Source of the DNA: Jimgerdemannia flammicorona | Taxonomy: Eukaryota | Reading direction: 5' to 3' | NCBI GenBank assembly: GCA_003990765.1 | Contig: RBNJ01000205.1 | Coordinates: 1-36,689, forward strand | Length of the DNA stretch: 36,689 bases | Shown: in pieces, positions 11,706-21,849 of the stretch | Numbering within the stretch: the stretch's first letter is position 1 | How the letters are laid out: the number at the start of each line of letters is the position of its first letter | The notes under the pieces: model-generated | Databases searched by the model: none | What the model was told of the DNA's origin: nothing | What the model saw: the letters and a program-made list of their open reading frames with translations, nothing else | Program-made: the position numbers and the translations under genes

Positions 11706-13833
11706 ATATCTCTAAGAAAGGTTCCTGAAGTAGTTATTGTGAAAAGGAAAGCCAAGATCACACCTATCAAGTCTGGTGATGATCTACAACAATGCATCCA
11801 CTCTCATCGGAGTTGTGGGGTCCCCATTTGAGCTACAACCATTCAAGCTATGAGGTCCCATTCAGGCCATTCTTTGGCTTCAGCTGATAGTGACACATCT
11901 AACAGTGATACATCCAACAGTGATGGGTCTGAATTTGAAGTACAGTCAGGGTCTGAAAGTGACAAATTCAAGGTACAATTCAGATGACATTTGATACCAG
12001 TTGATGAGGGTGATATTGACAATGAGGATATTGATGATGAGAAAGATATTGAGCCTGAAGAATGTATTGATAACAGTAATAGCAAAAGAAAGAGAAAGCA
12101 AAAGGCAGCCATCAATCAACTCACCATCAATCAATCCATCATCCTTTCTGAGATTTCCAGCTATACACCCCTTTAATATACTAAGCCTTTTCTGTCAAGC
12201 CCATACTCTCATCTTGCTGATCATATCACAATCTCATCTGGTGAGATTCTATAGATCATCAATGTGTTTTGCCTCTTCTTTCCTGATGGAATGTTGAAAC
12301 AGATTGTTGCCAATACAAACTATTATGCTATAATGAAGGATGCTAGAAGAGGTAGAGAGTGGTATAGTCTAATGATTCCAGAGCTCCTTATCTTTATCAG
12401 TATCTGCATTTATTTCAGCTTCTTCTACTGTAGTAATATAGAAAGTCAATGGAGTAGAGACAGTCAAAGATTGGTTCACCAAATCCTAGTATATGCCATT
12501 AACCCACTTTTAAAAAATCAGACAATATCTTCACATTTCTCTACCTGATGACACTAGTGAAAAAAACATCAGCAAAAAAGACTATTACTCAAAAGTCAAG
12601 CCATTATTGTCATATGTCCAGACAACCCCTCAAAATATATATCAACCAAGGTCAAATGTATTGGTCAATGAAATGATGATAAGGTTCTCAAGAAGGAGTG
12701 TGCATACCTTTTATATAAAAAACAAGCTGATTTCAGAAGGTTTCAAAATACTCATGTTATATGATTTTAGCTATATTTAGTCATTTCTTCTGCTTTCCTG
12801 TATTTTTAAAAATAGAGAGATTAGTGAAAGTAGATACAAACTCAGTAAAACTACATGTAGCATAGTCCATCTCATTGAGCAATTATCATAAAAAGCTCAA
12901 GCATTTAACATATATATGGATAATTACTTCTCCAGCATTTCCTTGTTTAAATATCTTTGATTTAAAAAAATCAGCACATATGGAACTATTAGGACAAATT
13001 CAAAAGGATTTCCAAAACCACTCAAGATTGACAAAAAGACAGCCTTAACACTTGATTAGAATACTACTTCAGGTGTTGTTGTGGACAATATTCTCATACT
13101 ACTATGGGTTGACAATAACATTATTACTATGTTAACCACTGTTCATGAAGTTGGAGCTGAATGGGAAGTAGAACATACACATCAGTGTCTAAGAATTACT
13201 ATTATCAATAAGCCTCAAGTCCAAGCAACTTGGAGGAATTATCCTTGAACTGTCATAGCAATTCCCAAAGTTATCAATGATTACAATCATCATATGAGAG
13301 GTGTTGATATTGCTGACCAATGTCGAGGGTACTATTATATACAGATTACAGTCTGCTGAAATTGGATACTACTCTTCTTTTGGTTGCTAGATGTCACAAT
13401 CATCAATTCCTATCTGGTGTGCAAGGCAGCTGGATCAATATTGAACTATACAACCTTTCAACTCAACTTGGCCTGGGATATTATAGTACTCATATGTGAA
13501 AAAGAGAATGAAATCTATAAGAGATATCAGTTGCAGGAGAAAGAAGGGAAAGAAGAGGAAGAAGATCAGATAAAGACTCTACAACCAAAAAAGCCCCTCA
13601 TCACAAAGTTGTTCAAACTGAATCCTATTTGACTTACCCCTGGTAACCATCTACCTTCCTATCAAAAAAAACATGAAGCATGCACCTGGTGCTATTACCA
13701 GAGAAAGATGGGTTACATCAAGATCAATATACAGAATTCACCCCAAAGTAATATTGTCTGTCATTCCTGTAATGTTGCACTTTATATCAATACAAATCAT
13801 GATTGCTTTGCTAATTATTATACAAAAAAATAA
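11706..13833 (+). pseudogene. piggyBac (PGBD4-like) transposase pseudogene
   Basis: Acidic N-terminus; LFFPDGMLKQIVANTNYYA; VNEMMIRFSRRS...KNKLISEGFK; IYMDNYFSS; YGTIRTN; WVDNN; YNHHMRGVDIADQ; WLLDVTIINSY; C-terminal Cys-rich domain (CTWC...CHSCNVAL...DCF). Confidence 0.93.
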
Positions 13834-13889
13834 AGCAATTCAATATTTTGAGAATATACCTGATTTATTCCTTCATGAAAACACTCTAT

Positions 13890-14215
13890 GTATGTCAGTA
13901 TTGTAATCTCTGCATATATCAGGATTATAATGCCCATGCCTACACATGTCAGGATCATAACACCCATACATATCAGGATCATAACACCCATATATGTTAG
14001 GATTATAATGCCTGTGCATGTCAGAATTATAACACCTGTACATATCAGCCCTATAATCATAGTGCCCACACATATCAGTCCCACAATCCTCACACATATC
14101 AGCCCTACAATCTCCATACATATTAGCCCCACAATCTCTGTATATATCAGCCCTACAATCTCTATGTATATCAACCCCATAATCCCCATGCATGTCAGCA
14201 CTACAATCCTCATAT
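13890..14215. repeat. ~27-bp tandem array (about 12 units; CATATCAGCCCTACAATC...)
   Basis: Seen directly; gives 9-aa periodic pseudo-ORFs on both strands. Related units recur at ~14650-14735. Confidence 0.9.
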
Positions 14216-16227
14216 GTACTATGATGTCTATATAGCTCTGACAGGATGGCTCTAAATCCTGAAAAGTTCTTGACAGACCAGGCCATCGTTGCTCTGTATA
14301 AACTGGAGCTTGGTGTTGTGCTCCAGATATTGGTCAAATCTAGAGACAACCTGCAGATATATTCTTAGATCACTAGAGTGAGATATGTATCTGCAGTAAG
14401 AGGTACCATACAGGACAATCTTAATCATAGGTATGATGTGCTGAAATGTGTGAAGCCGACAGAGGTGGCAAGGGTGCCAAGTTATTGCTTGTGCTCTGAT
14501 GGGATGTGAGAAGCATAAGAGATTTGGTGAGATTTGAGAGTTTGGTGTATATGGCAAAAACACAGAAGACAGGGAGTTGGTTGTCATAAATTGTAAGGAT
14601 ATGCCTAAGTGAAATGATATCTTTGGATCATACTATTCATCAACTTTGACCACATATGTCAGCATTGCAATCCCCATGTATATCTGTCCATGTATGTCAG
14701 CCCTATAATTCTGATGAATGTCAGAACTACAATCTCTGTAATGTCACTTTCTATTTCTCAGCTTTTTTCTATACATGGATGATGATACTGATAGCTGTCA
14801 TCCCTTTTTATCTGAAGTTCGTTGAGTAACTGGACTTGGTGTTTGATGATGTATCATCTGCTCAATGATACTGTTCTTGACTAGTTTCGATTGTCTAGCA
14901 TAATAGATGAAAAGTTCTTCTAAATAACTGATCATACAATCTATAAAAAACTATAATTGAAATGTAACACAAATGTAAATAACCCAAATCTATTCAAGAT
15001 AATGATAAAGAGAAAAATGATCATAAGCAAGCTTACTCTCAATTGTATAAATCTTTTCAACAATGCTTTGAATATAAATTTCATATCATGCTCATTCAGA
15101 GGAAATATGAAAATATTAAATTCCTGGAACCTATATACATTGTTATATGTAAGATTGATGGCATAGACTCTGACTTTAGAACCTATTGATTGAGAAACAT
15201 ATCTTATGTTAGATTAATATTATAATGATAGACCTCATGTTTTCATATCTGATCAATTCTGCCCTCCCCATATACCTACCCTCCACAATCTCCAATAAGC
15301 CAGCTCAGGAATAAATATTAGTCAAGAATAAACATTAGTCAAGCCACTTACCAATAATCTGGACACCGATAACAAATACTTTTTGCAGCTCCTCACAGCC
15401 AGACCCCCTCAATGAAGTTAACAACAATCTGTCTAAAGTATCCTTCATACCTTTCATTATTTTCGACTTATCACCTCATGCTTTGCTTTCATATAATTGC
15501 TCACCAGGTGTAGTAAATTCTATGAGCATTATCTCCAGCTGGTTTGCATAGAGTAATCCAATAGCATCTGTTCTCTGCCCCATTTATACTTGATCATCAT
15601 TTTTGATTTCATTATTTCATTTTGCCACAAAGGTGATAAGCACTGTTTCTCTTCTATGGATAAGAGGATAAGAGAAGTAATATTAGAAGCAAGATTCATT
15701 CTGTCAGAGCAAGTACTAAACTGTCAGAACAAATACTAACTATTTCTATAATAATTTATCAGATAAACCCATCATGACTCTTTCAAATATTGGTGAGAAA
15801 AATCAAATTATAAATATTACCTTAAACAATTCAGTAGAAATGGTATGTCCTTCTGAGTAAGTATGCATACTTGTTTAAAAAGAGATAAGAAAGTGTGAAA
15901 TCAGTTAGATGTGGTCATATATATGAGGCTGATAAGAGAGCAAATCAGTTAGGTGCAGCCATGTATATGAGGCTGATGAGAGAGTGAGGAGGCCTGAAAG
16001 TCAACACATATATGTTCTGAGCAGTGATGTGAAGCCTGATCAACCCACAAATATTATTTGAATTGTCATCTTCTTCACCGATTTCTTGAAGCATGAATAA
16101 ATACCCTTTGTCCAGATTTCGATGCATTTCTGTACTATTACCCTATAAAAGATAATAAATATATTACTTCTAATATCTTATGAGATTTTAAAAAATGAAA
16201 AAGATAGTGAATAGTAACAAAAACACT

Positions 16228-16354
16228 GTCAAGTCCTTCAGGACCACTGATACTTGAAAAAATTGGAATGATACAGAGAAGATTAGCATGGCTCCTACAT
16301 ATGGATGATACTATCTTCCTGAGTGGATAGCCCTATATAGGCAAGTTTTTTTTT
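16228..16354 (+). mobile_element. U6 snRNA-derived retroposed insert (U6-headed SINE-like), 127 bp
   Basis: GTCCTTCAGGAC 5' hairpin, then AAAATTGGAATGATACAGAGAAGATTAGCATGGCTCCTACATATGGATGATAC (U6 ACAGAGA box and ISL with transitions), a non-U6 3' part and T9. Perfect 14-bp TSD GTAACAAAAACACT at 16214-16227 and 16355-16368. Confidence 0.85.
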
Positions 16355-16640
16355 GTAACAAAAACACTTACTACATCCTTACAGAGAAATTCAATAGTTT
16401 TTTTATAATTCAAAGGGATCTCTCTTTCTAGTGTGGCTAATGTATATTGAAAGTCATCTTGCATCTCTTTTCATTCACCTAATATAATGCATATTCATAG
16501 ATTATTACTGGAAAGATCAACTACAACATCTTCCTTACTAAGGATTATCTCTGAAACATTGAGTCCAGTACTCAATATATAATCATTCACATCTGAGGTT
16601 GACTTGGGATCCTAGTAAATATGATTAACCTATCAGTTAA

Positions 16641-16782
16641 ATTGTCACAATCCAACCATTGTTGCAACCCAACTATTGTTGCAATTTAACTATTGTCACA
16701 ATACAATTATTGTTGCAACACAACCATTGTCACAACACAAACATTGTCACAACACACTATTGTCACAACATAACTGTTGTCA
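16641..16782. repeat. ~18-bp tandem repeat (ATTGTCACAACACAACC), about 8 units, intronic
   Basis: Seen directly. Confidence 0.85.
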
Positions 16783-17644
16783 TCATGGCCACCCAGTAAG
16801 CAGTATAAAGAAATATATATAATAGGGTACTTGATTATATCTCAGAATTCTTTGATTTTATTATAATTGTTCTATAAAAGATAATTAAATGTAATGAGTG
16901 TAAATGATATCAGAAATAGAGAATCTACATTAACAAAATGCATTTATCTTAAAATGAGGTTCAGTGAGATAATTAATATATTTAACAACATTTTTCAGTA
17001 GATTGGTATAAAGGATGTGATAAAGACATTCCTTATAAAAGAAATACAGTGATACCTTCTTGCTAAGGTAGATTGTCCTTTCACCTTGAATGAATTTCAG
17101 AAATTTGATATAGGTCCACTCTCATCAGTATACACTAGTGAAAAAGAGAGATATGTCTCAAGTTGTTTGAAAAATATAGTTGTCACTCATTTTGCTATAA
17201 GTTAAAAAGACAAATGTCAAGCACAAAGTATTGAAAATGAGGGATGAAAAAGCATACCCCATTGTTGTTAGAATTTGGTTATTAAGAACAATGTATATCC
17301 CATTGTCATTAGTATTAATCTACCTATCAAAAAAGAAGATATGAGCAAGAAGAGAAATGAGATTTGTAGGCAAATTTTTCTGCAGATGCTAATGAACTAA
17401 GGGGTATAGGATGCCAACAAACTAAGGGGTATATTTAAACAATGTGTGGAAGGCAGTAGGTAGCAGGAAATGCACTGGATAGTATGTGGAATGTAGCAAG
17501 CAGCAAGTGGCACTAGTAGTGGTCATTTTGTTCTATTATTTCATAATAATTACATCATCAAATTCTATCCAATGGGATCGATTCTATCACATGAATCACA
17601 TGGCATATAAATTTGCCTACAGATGCTAATGAACTAAGAGATAT

Positions 17645-18220
17645 TATAGCTTTATATAGACTTGTGTTGCTTGATGTTCACTAGCTTGTCTCTGGCTAGC
17701 TTGGTAGTATTAATAGGCTTAAACTGCTTATGAAGAGCTCTCTTGAAAACTTCCCAATCTTTGATTCATATATTTGAGTACATAGATATAGTTATGATAT
17801 GATTGCACTATCAAATGACTATATTTCCTCAGAGAAGTATGGCAGCAAATTGAACTTACATATCTTCTTCCATTCTTGTAAGCTTAAAGTATTGATCCAA
17901 TTGGAAGATCTATGCATCTATAGATAGTTCTCCTTGGTAACTGTCAAAGATATCTGACTTGAGTGACTTAAAACTGACTAGTACTATAGTGAGATATGAT
18001 GTACTTACAGTTCTTGTTTTCTGCTGATCTAGTTGTACTTAAAGTACTTAGATTTGGTAGGTTATAGAGGTAATTATATTCTCTATACCAACTTATAGTT
18101 CTTCTGCTTCTCTTATAGCAGAGAGGTCTGGCTGATAGGCTGACTCTTTGTGGTTTATTTTAGATTTGTGTGACTAGTTGTGACTGGTTTCCAGATTTGT
18201 ATAAGGTTTCTTAATAAGGT
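17645..18220 (-). mobile_element. Ty3/gypsy remnant, part 3: gag N-terminal/capsid region
   Basis: Minus strand reads LKSDIFDSYQGELSIDA*IFQLDQYFKL...VQFAAILL*GNIVI**...LARDKLVNIKQHKSI*SYN, continuing into part 2 across the piggyBac. Confidence 0.85.
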
Positions 18221-18289
18221 AAGGTATAATGATATCACTGCTACTATAAATAATAATAATAATAATAATAATAACACTACTGCTATCAA

Positions 18290-19711
18290 GTGTAATAGTT
18301 CTAGTTTCTTTAAGAGAAAGCAGCTAAATCTGAAAGTTCTAGTAAGCTTAAAGTAGCTTGAAGAGATATTAAAGATTTAAGTATTCTTAAAGGATTTTTG
18401 GAAGAAAATATTCTGAGCTTTATTCAAGCAGAGAATAAGAATATTTATACATAATCTGAAAGAAAGATTCAAAAGGATCTTAGAAAGAAAGAGAAATACT
18501 AAGAAATAGATTCTCAGCAAAGCTGACTAATATAATTCTATAATGTTCCAAAAGGTTCTATAACTAGCTAAGATAAGATGCTTAGTACCAAAGAAAGATA
18601 AGAATGTTCTAGTAGTATCTAGACACTGAGAGGAGATTTCCAAATAAGTAGAAGATGCCAGAATATAGTAAAATGTTCAAGAAATAATAAGAAAGGACTA
18701 GCTAAAAGATGTGAAATATATGAAGACTAAATATGACTGTAAAATTATTATATTATTTCAGTACTATCTACTAATTAGAAATAAATCTCTATAAACTTCA
18801 TTATATAATTACTCTAAACTAAGAATAGAAAGGATGTAATTGTTGTCTTTATAGATTATTTTAGCAAATAAGCCCACTTTATATCTATCTATATAACTAC
18901 AATAGTATCTGAAATTGCTATACTTTTATTTGATAATATCTTCTACTATTGTGATCTTTCTAAGATTATTATTAGTAACTAAGACCTAAAATTCACCAGC
19001 TATTTTTAGAAAGCCCTATACTTATACCTTGAAATGAAACTAGTACTATCTACAATCTTTTACTCTAAAACTAATGGCCAAACTGAAAGAATAAACCAAA
19101 CCTTAGAGTAAATGCTAAGGAACTATATTTTTTATAAACAAGATAATTAGTATAAATACTTTACTATAGCAAATAAGCTTCTCTTGGAATAACTCTATTC
19201 TTTACCAATATAGAAAAAAAATCCAAATACCTCTCTGACTCTTATTAGAATCTCAAATAAACTCTCTACTATTGAAGTTATCAAAGAATACCTACTCTGA
19301 ATATGCAACTTGAGCCAAATTGCAATTGAGAATCTATCTTAAGCTCAAAATAAATAATCTCAATATATTAATTAGTATTACTAAGAAAAAACTTTTGATA
19401 TTAGTAAAAAAGTTCTACTAGATATCTGAGGATACTGAGTTGACAACCTTAAGTATAGACCTTCTACAAAGCTGAACAGCAAGTTCATCAGATTATTTGA
19501 AATTATTGTATAAGTTTCTCTAATATTTTATAAATTAGCTCTATTAAACACTATCAAGATTTATCTAATCTTTAATATTTAATATCTTAAGTAATATAAT
19601 AAAAATGATGACAAACTATTCCCAAATTGATTTATAAAATTACTAGCATCTGTTATTATTAATGACTATGAGGAATATGAAGTTGAATAAATTCTCAACA
19701 AATATAACTAT
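18290..19711 (+). mobile_element. Ty3/gypsy (chromovirus) integrase with start of chromodomain, heavily mutated
   Basis: Decayed rve core (SN*DLKFTSYF*K...STIFYSKTNGQTERINQTLE*MLRNY), GPY/F-like segment, then EEYEVE*ILNKYNY. Confidence 0.88.
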
Positions 19712-19808
19712 GTGACCAGCTTTCTTTGATAACATTCAGATTATACAAACTTCAAACAATACTTCCAATAACATTTTTGATGAAAAGGTTCTAACAACAT
19801 AGCAAGCA

Positions 19809-21805
19809 ATGAGCTTTCTGGAGAGTGTATTAGGCAGAGCAATCTCAGTGCCTTTAACTGGCAGTATGTAGAGTAGGGTCAAGATATAGGATTTGGGATA
19901 TCAAGTGCCTCTCTGAGGAGATGGGGGGCTGGAGGTGGTGAGAGGGGTGGGACAAGGTGGCAGGAGAATGGACAGCTGACCTTTGCTAATAAGGTCAAGA
20001 TAGGAGCTCAGGTGAAGGAACTGGAGGGATGGCTGAAGCTAGAGAAGGGAAAAGCAGCTGCTGGAGAGAAGGGGGGTACTCCTCTGGGGGGTCAGAGTAG
20101 GGGGGCTGGTAGCATAGTAGCTGAGAGAGTAACTGCTGATGGGGGTATAATGGGTAATCTGGAAAAAAATCTAGATGAGACTGCTGATAGTGGACTGAGT
20201 TATAGGATGAGTATGAGGCCTAGTGACCTGATAGATGGTATAATGAGCCTGGCAGTGCCCCCATTACTTAAGAAGTCAATCTTGGAGTTTGTGATTATTT
20301 TGTACTTCCAGAGCTTAGTAGTGATGGCAAAAATAGTATTAGGACTGATTATTAAGCAGATAGCTAGAGTGATATTTATGAAGTTTCTGATAGGATTAGA
20401 AGACGTGGAGGTGAGCTTTGAGAAGATAGGGCTATTGGAGGATATGCTGAAGGCTGGGCTAACTGTTGGAGAGGTATACATTTCAATAACACACTATTTG
20501 AGGTGGGACCCTAGGGTGGTATAACTTCTGGTGAGAGGGGTGCCCATAGTAACTACTGTGGAGATAAGGAGGAGAGTTAAGGAAGTTATGGTCAAGTATG
20601 GAGAGGTGGTGGATGTTGGGTTCTGGGTCTGAGAGGAGACCTCATTTAGGACTAAGAATATTGATGTCCAGATTCAGCTAGCTGAGAGGAAAGCTACTGG
20701 AAAGGCTAGGGACTGGCCTTCAGTAATAGTATAGAGAGCCTTCTTATATAAGGTGATGAGGGTAAAAGAGAGTGAGAAGAAGGAAGAGAATTTGTAGGAG
20801 ACACTAAAGAAGCTGAGTAGAGCAGTAGAGTGGAGGGCAAAGATTTGGAAGACATATATAGAGTCAACATATTTGGAGGTAGTCGATGGGAAGCAGATCC
20901 ATGTAGATAAGGAGCTGTGGAAAAGATCCCAAGAATACAAGAGGCAGAGAGAGTTGCTGGTAAGTCTGAAGAATAAGATGAAGAGAGATGCTAGTGGAAT
21001 TGAGGATACAGGAGATACTAAGGCAAGTATCTGGACCAGTAAAGATGGAGAGAAGGTGGAGATGGGGCCAGAAGTAGACAAGGAGGTGATTGGCAATAAT
21101 TCATATGCAGATGGTATGTTTGAAATCTGGGAGGACACCCCTCCTCTTATTAGATGAGGTCCTGCCTCAAGGGGCCAGGTGGCAAAGAATGTGCCCATAC
21201 GGGGGGGCCAGTGAGTATACTTTGAAGTCCCTGAGGTGGTAAAAGGGAGACAGATGGTAGCATCTAGTGAGGATGAATTAGTGGATGTCCCTGAAGAGTG
21301 GAATAATAAGGTGAGTGTGTGGGCTGATATATTAATGCTGGGGGAAGAGAGACTGATGACTTCAGAGAGAAGGAAGGTAAGCAATCTCCAATAGATATAT
21401 CAGATGATAAACAACTTGACAGCAGAGAAGTTGGTGGAAGTGGACCTGAGGGTACTTAGTGATGAGTAGTAGATGTGAATTTTGTGTGGAGATGGAGTGG
21501 TGGAGGCCCTGAAGGTAGAGGTACTTGCAGTTTTCCTAGAAGAGAAAGGGTATGAGATTAATAAGGCAAGAGAGGCAGAGTTGGTAGTTGTTGTGGGTGA
21601 GTAGGCTACTCTCTGGTGGGCAGAGAGATATGGATTGCAGCTCTGGTAGGAGATCTGTTTGGAGTATTGTGAGGACTTTGAGAAAAAGAAGAATGGGGAA
21701 CTTGCTGAACTACTAGTTAGATTGGAGGTTAAGAGGGTTGAAGAGAAGGAGGTGAATACTGAATGCAATCTGAACTTAGCACAGGAAGAGATGAATGTAG
21801 AGTAA
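19809..21805 (+). pseudogene. LINE ORF1 pseudogene (RRM-like segment, E/K-rich)
   Basis: ATG at 19809; LVRGVPIVTTVE...VKYGEVVDVGF; many stops. Confidence 0.65.
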
Positions 21806-21849
21806 TAGAGAATGTGTTTGTTTCTTCACAACATTCTCTATAAATAATA

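Larger units (their letters stand above)
14798..17310 (-). pseudogene. Multi-exon Crinkler-like gene with a C-terminal PD-(D/E)xK restriction-endonuclease-like domain; 5' end approximate
   Basis: Exon ~15654-15352 reads MGQRTDAIGLL...LEIMLIEF...KA*GDKSKIMKGMKDTLDRL...VFVIGVQIIG. The next exon reads GSKVRVYAINLTYNNVYRFQE...FP. The C-terminus has TPSP and an upstream exon has ILSTGLNVSE..VVDLS. GTAAGT/GTAAGC donors are present. Confidence 0.65.
9376..17640 (+). mobile_element. Large piggyBac-type element (~8.3 kb) with cargo genes
   Basis: Left end CTCTTAATTCGTAGTATAAGCAAATTTATAT. Right end in reverse complement CTCTTAGTTCATTAGCATCTGTAGGCAAATTTATAT. Both flanked by ATAT (9372-9375, 17641-17644). 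Gag resumes on both sides. Contains a piggyBac transposase. Confidence 0.8.

Noticed and set aside
13890..14215. CRISPR-like periodicity
   Set aside because: Contiguous degenerate tandem units with no unique spacers; eukaryotic context and no cas genes.
16228..16354. Functional U6 snRNA gene
   Set aside because: Transitions in conserved positions, a non-canonical 3' end and a flanking TSD indicate a retroposed derivative.
16620..16642. TTAACC...GTTAA as the piggyBac end
   Set aside because: No matching partner; the TIR pair at 9376 and 17640 is supported by gag continuity.
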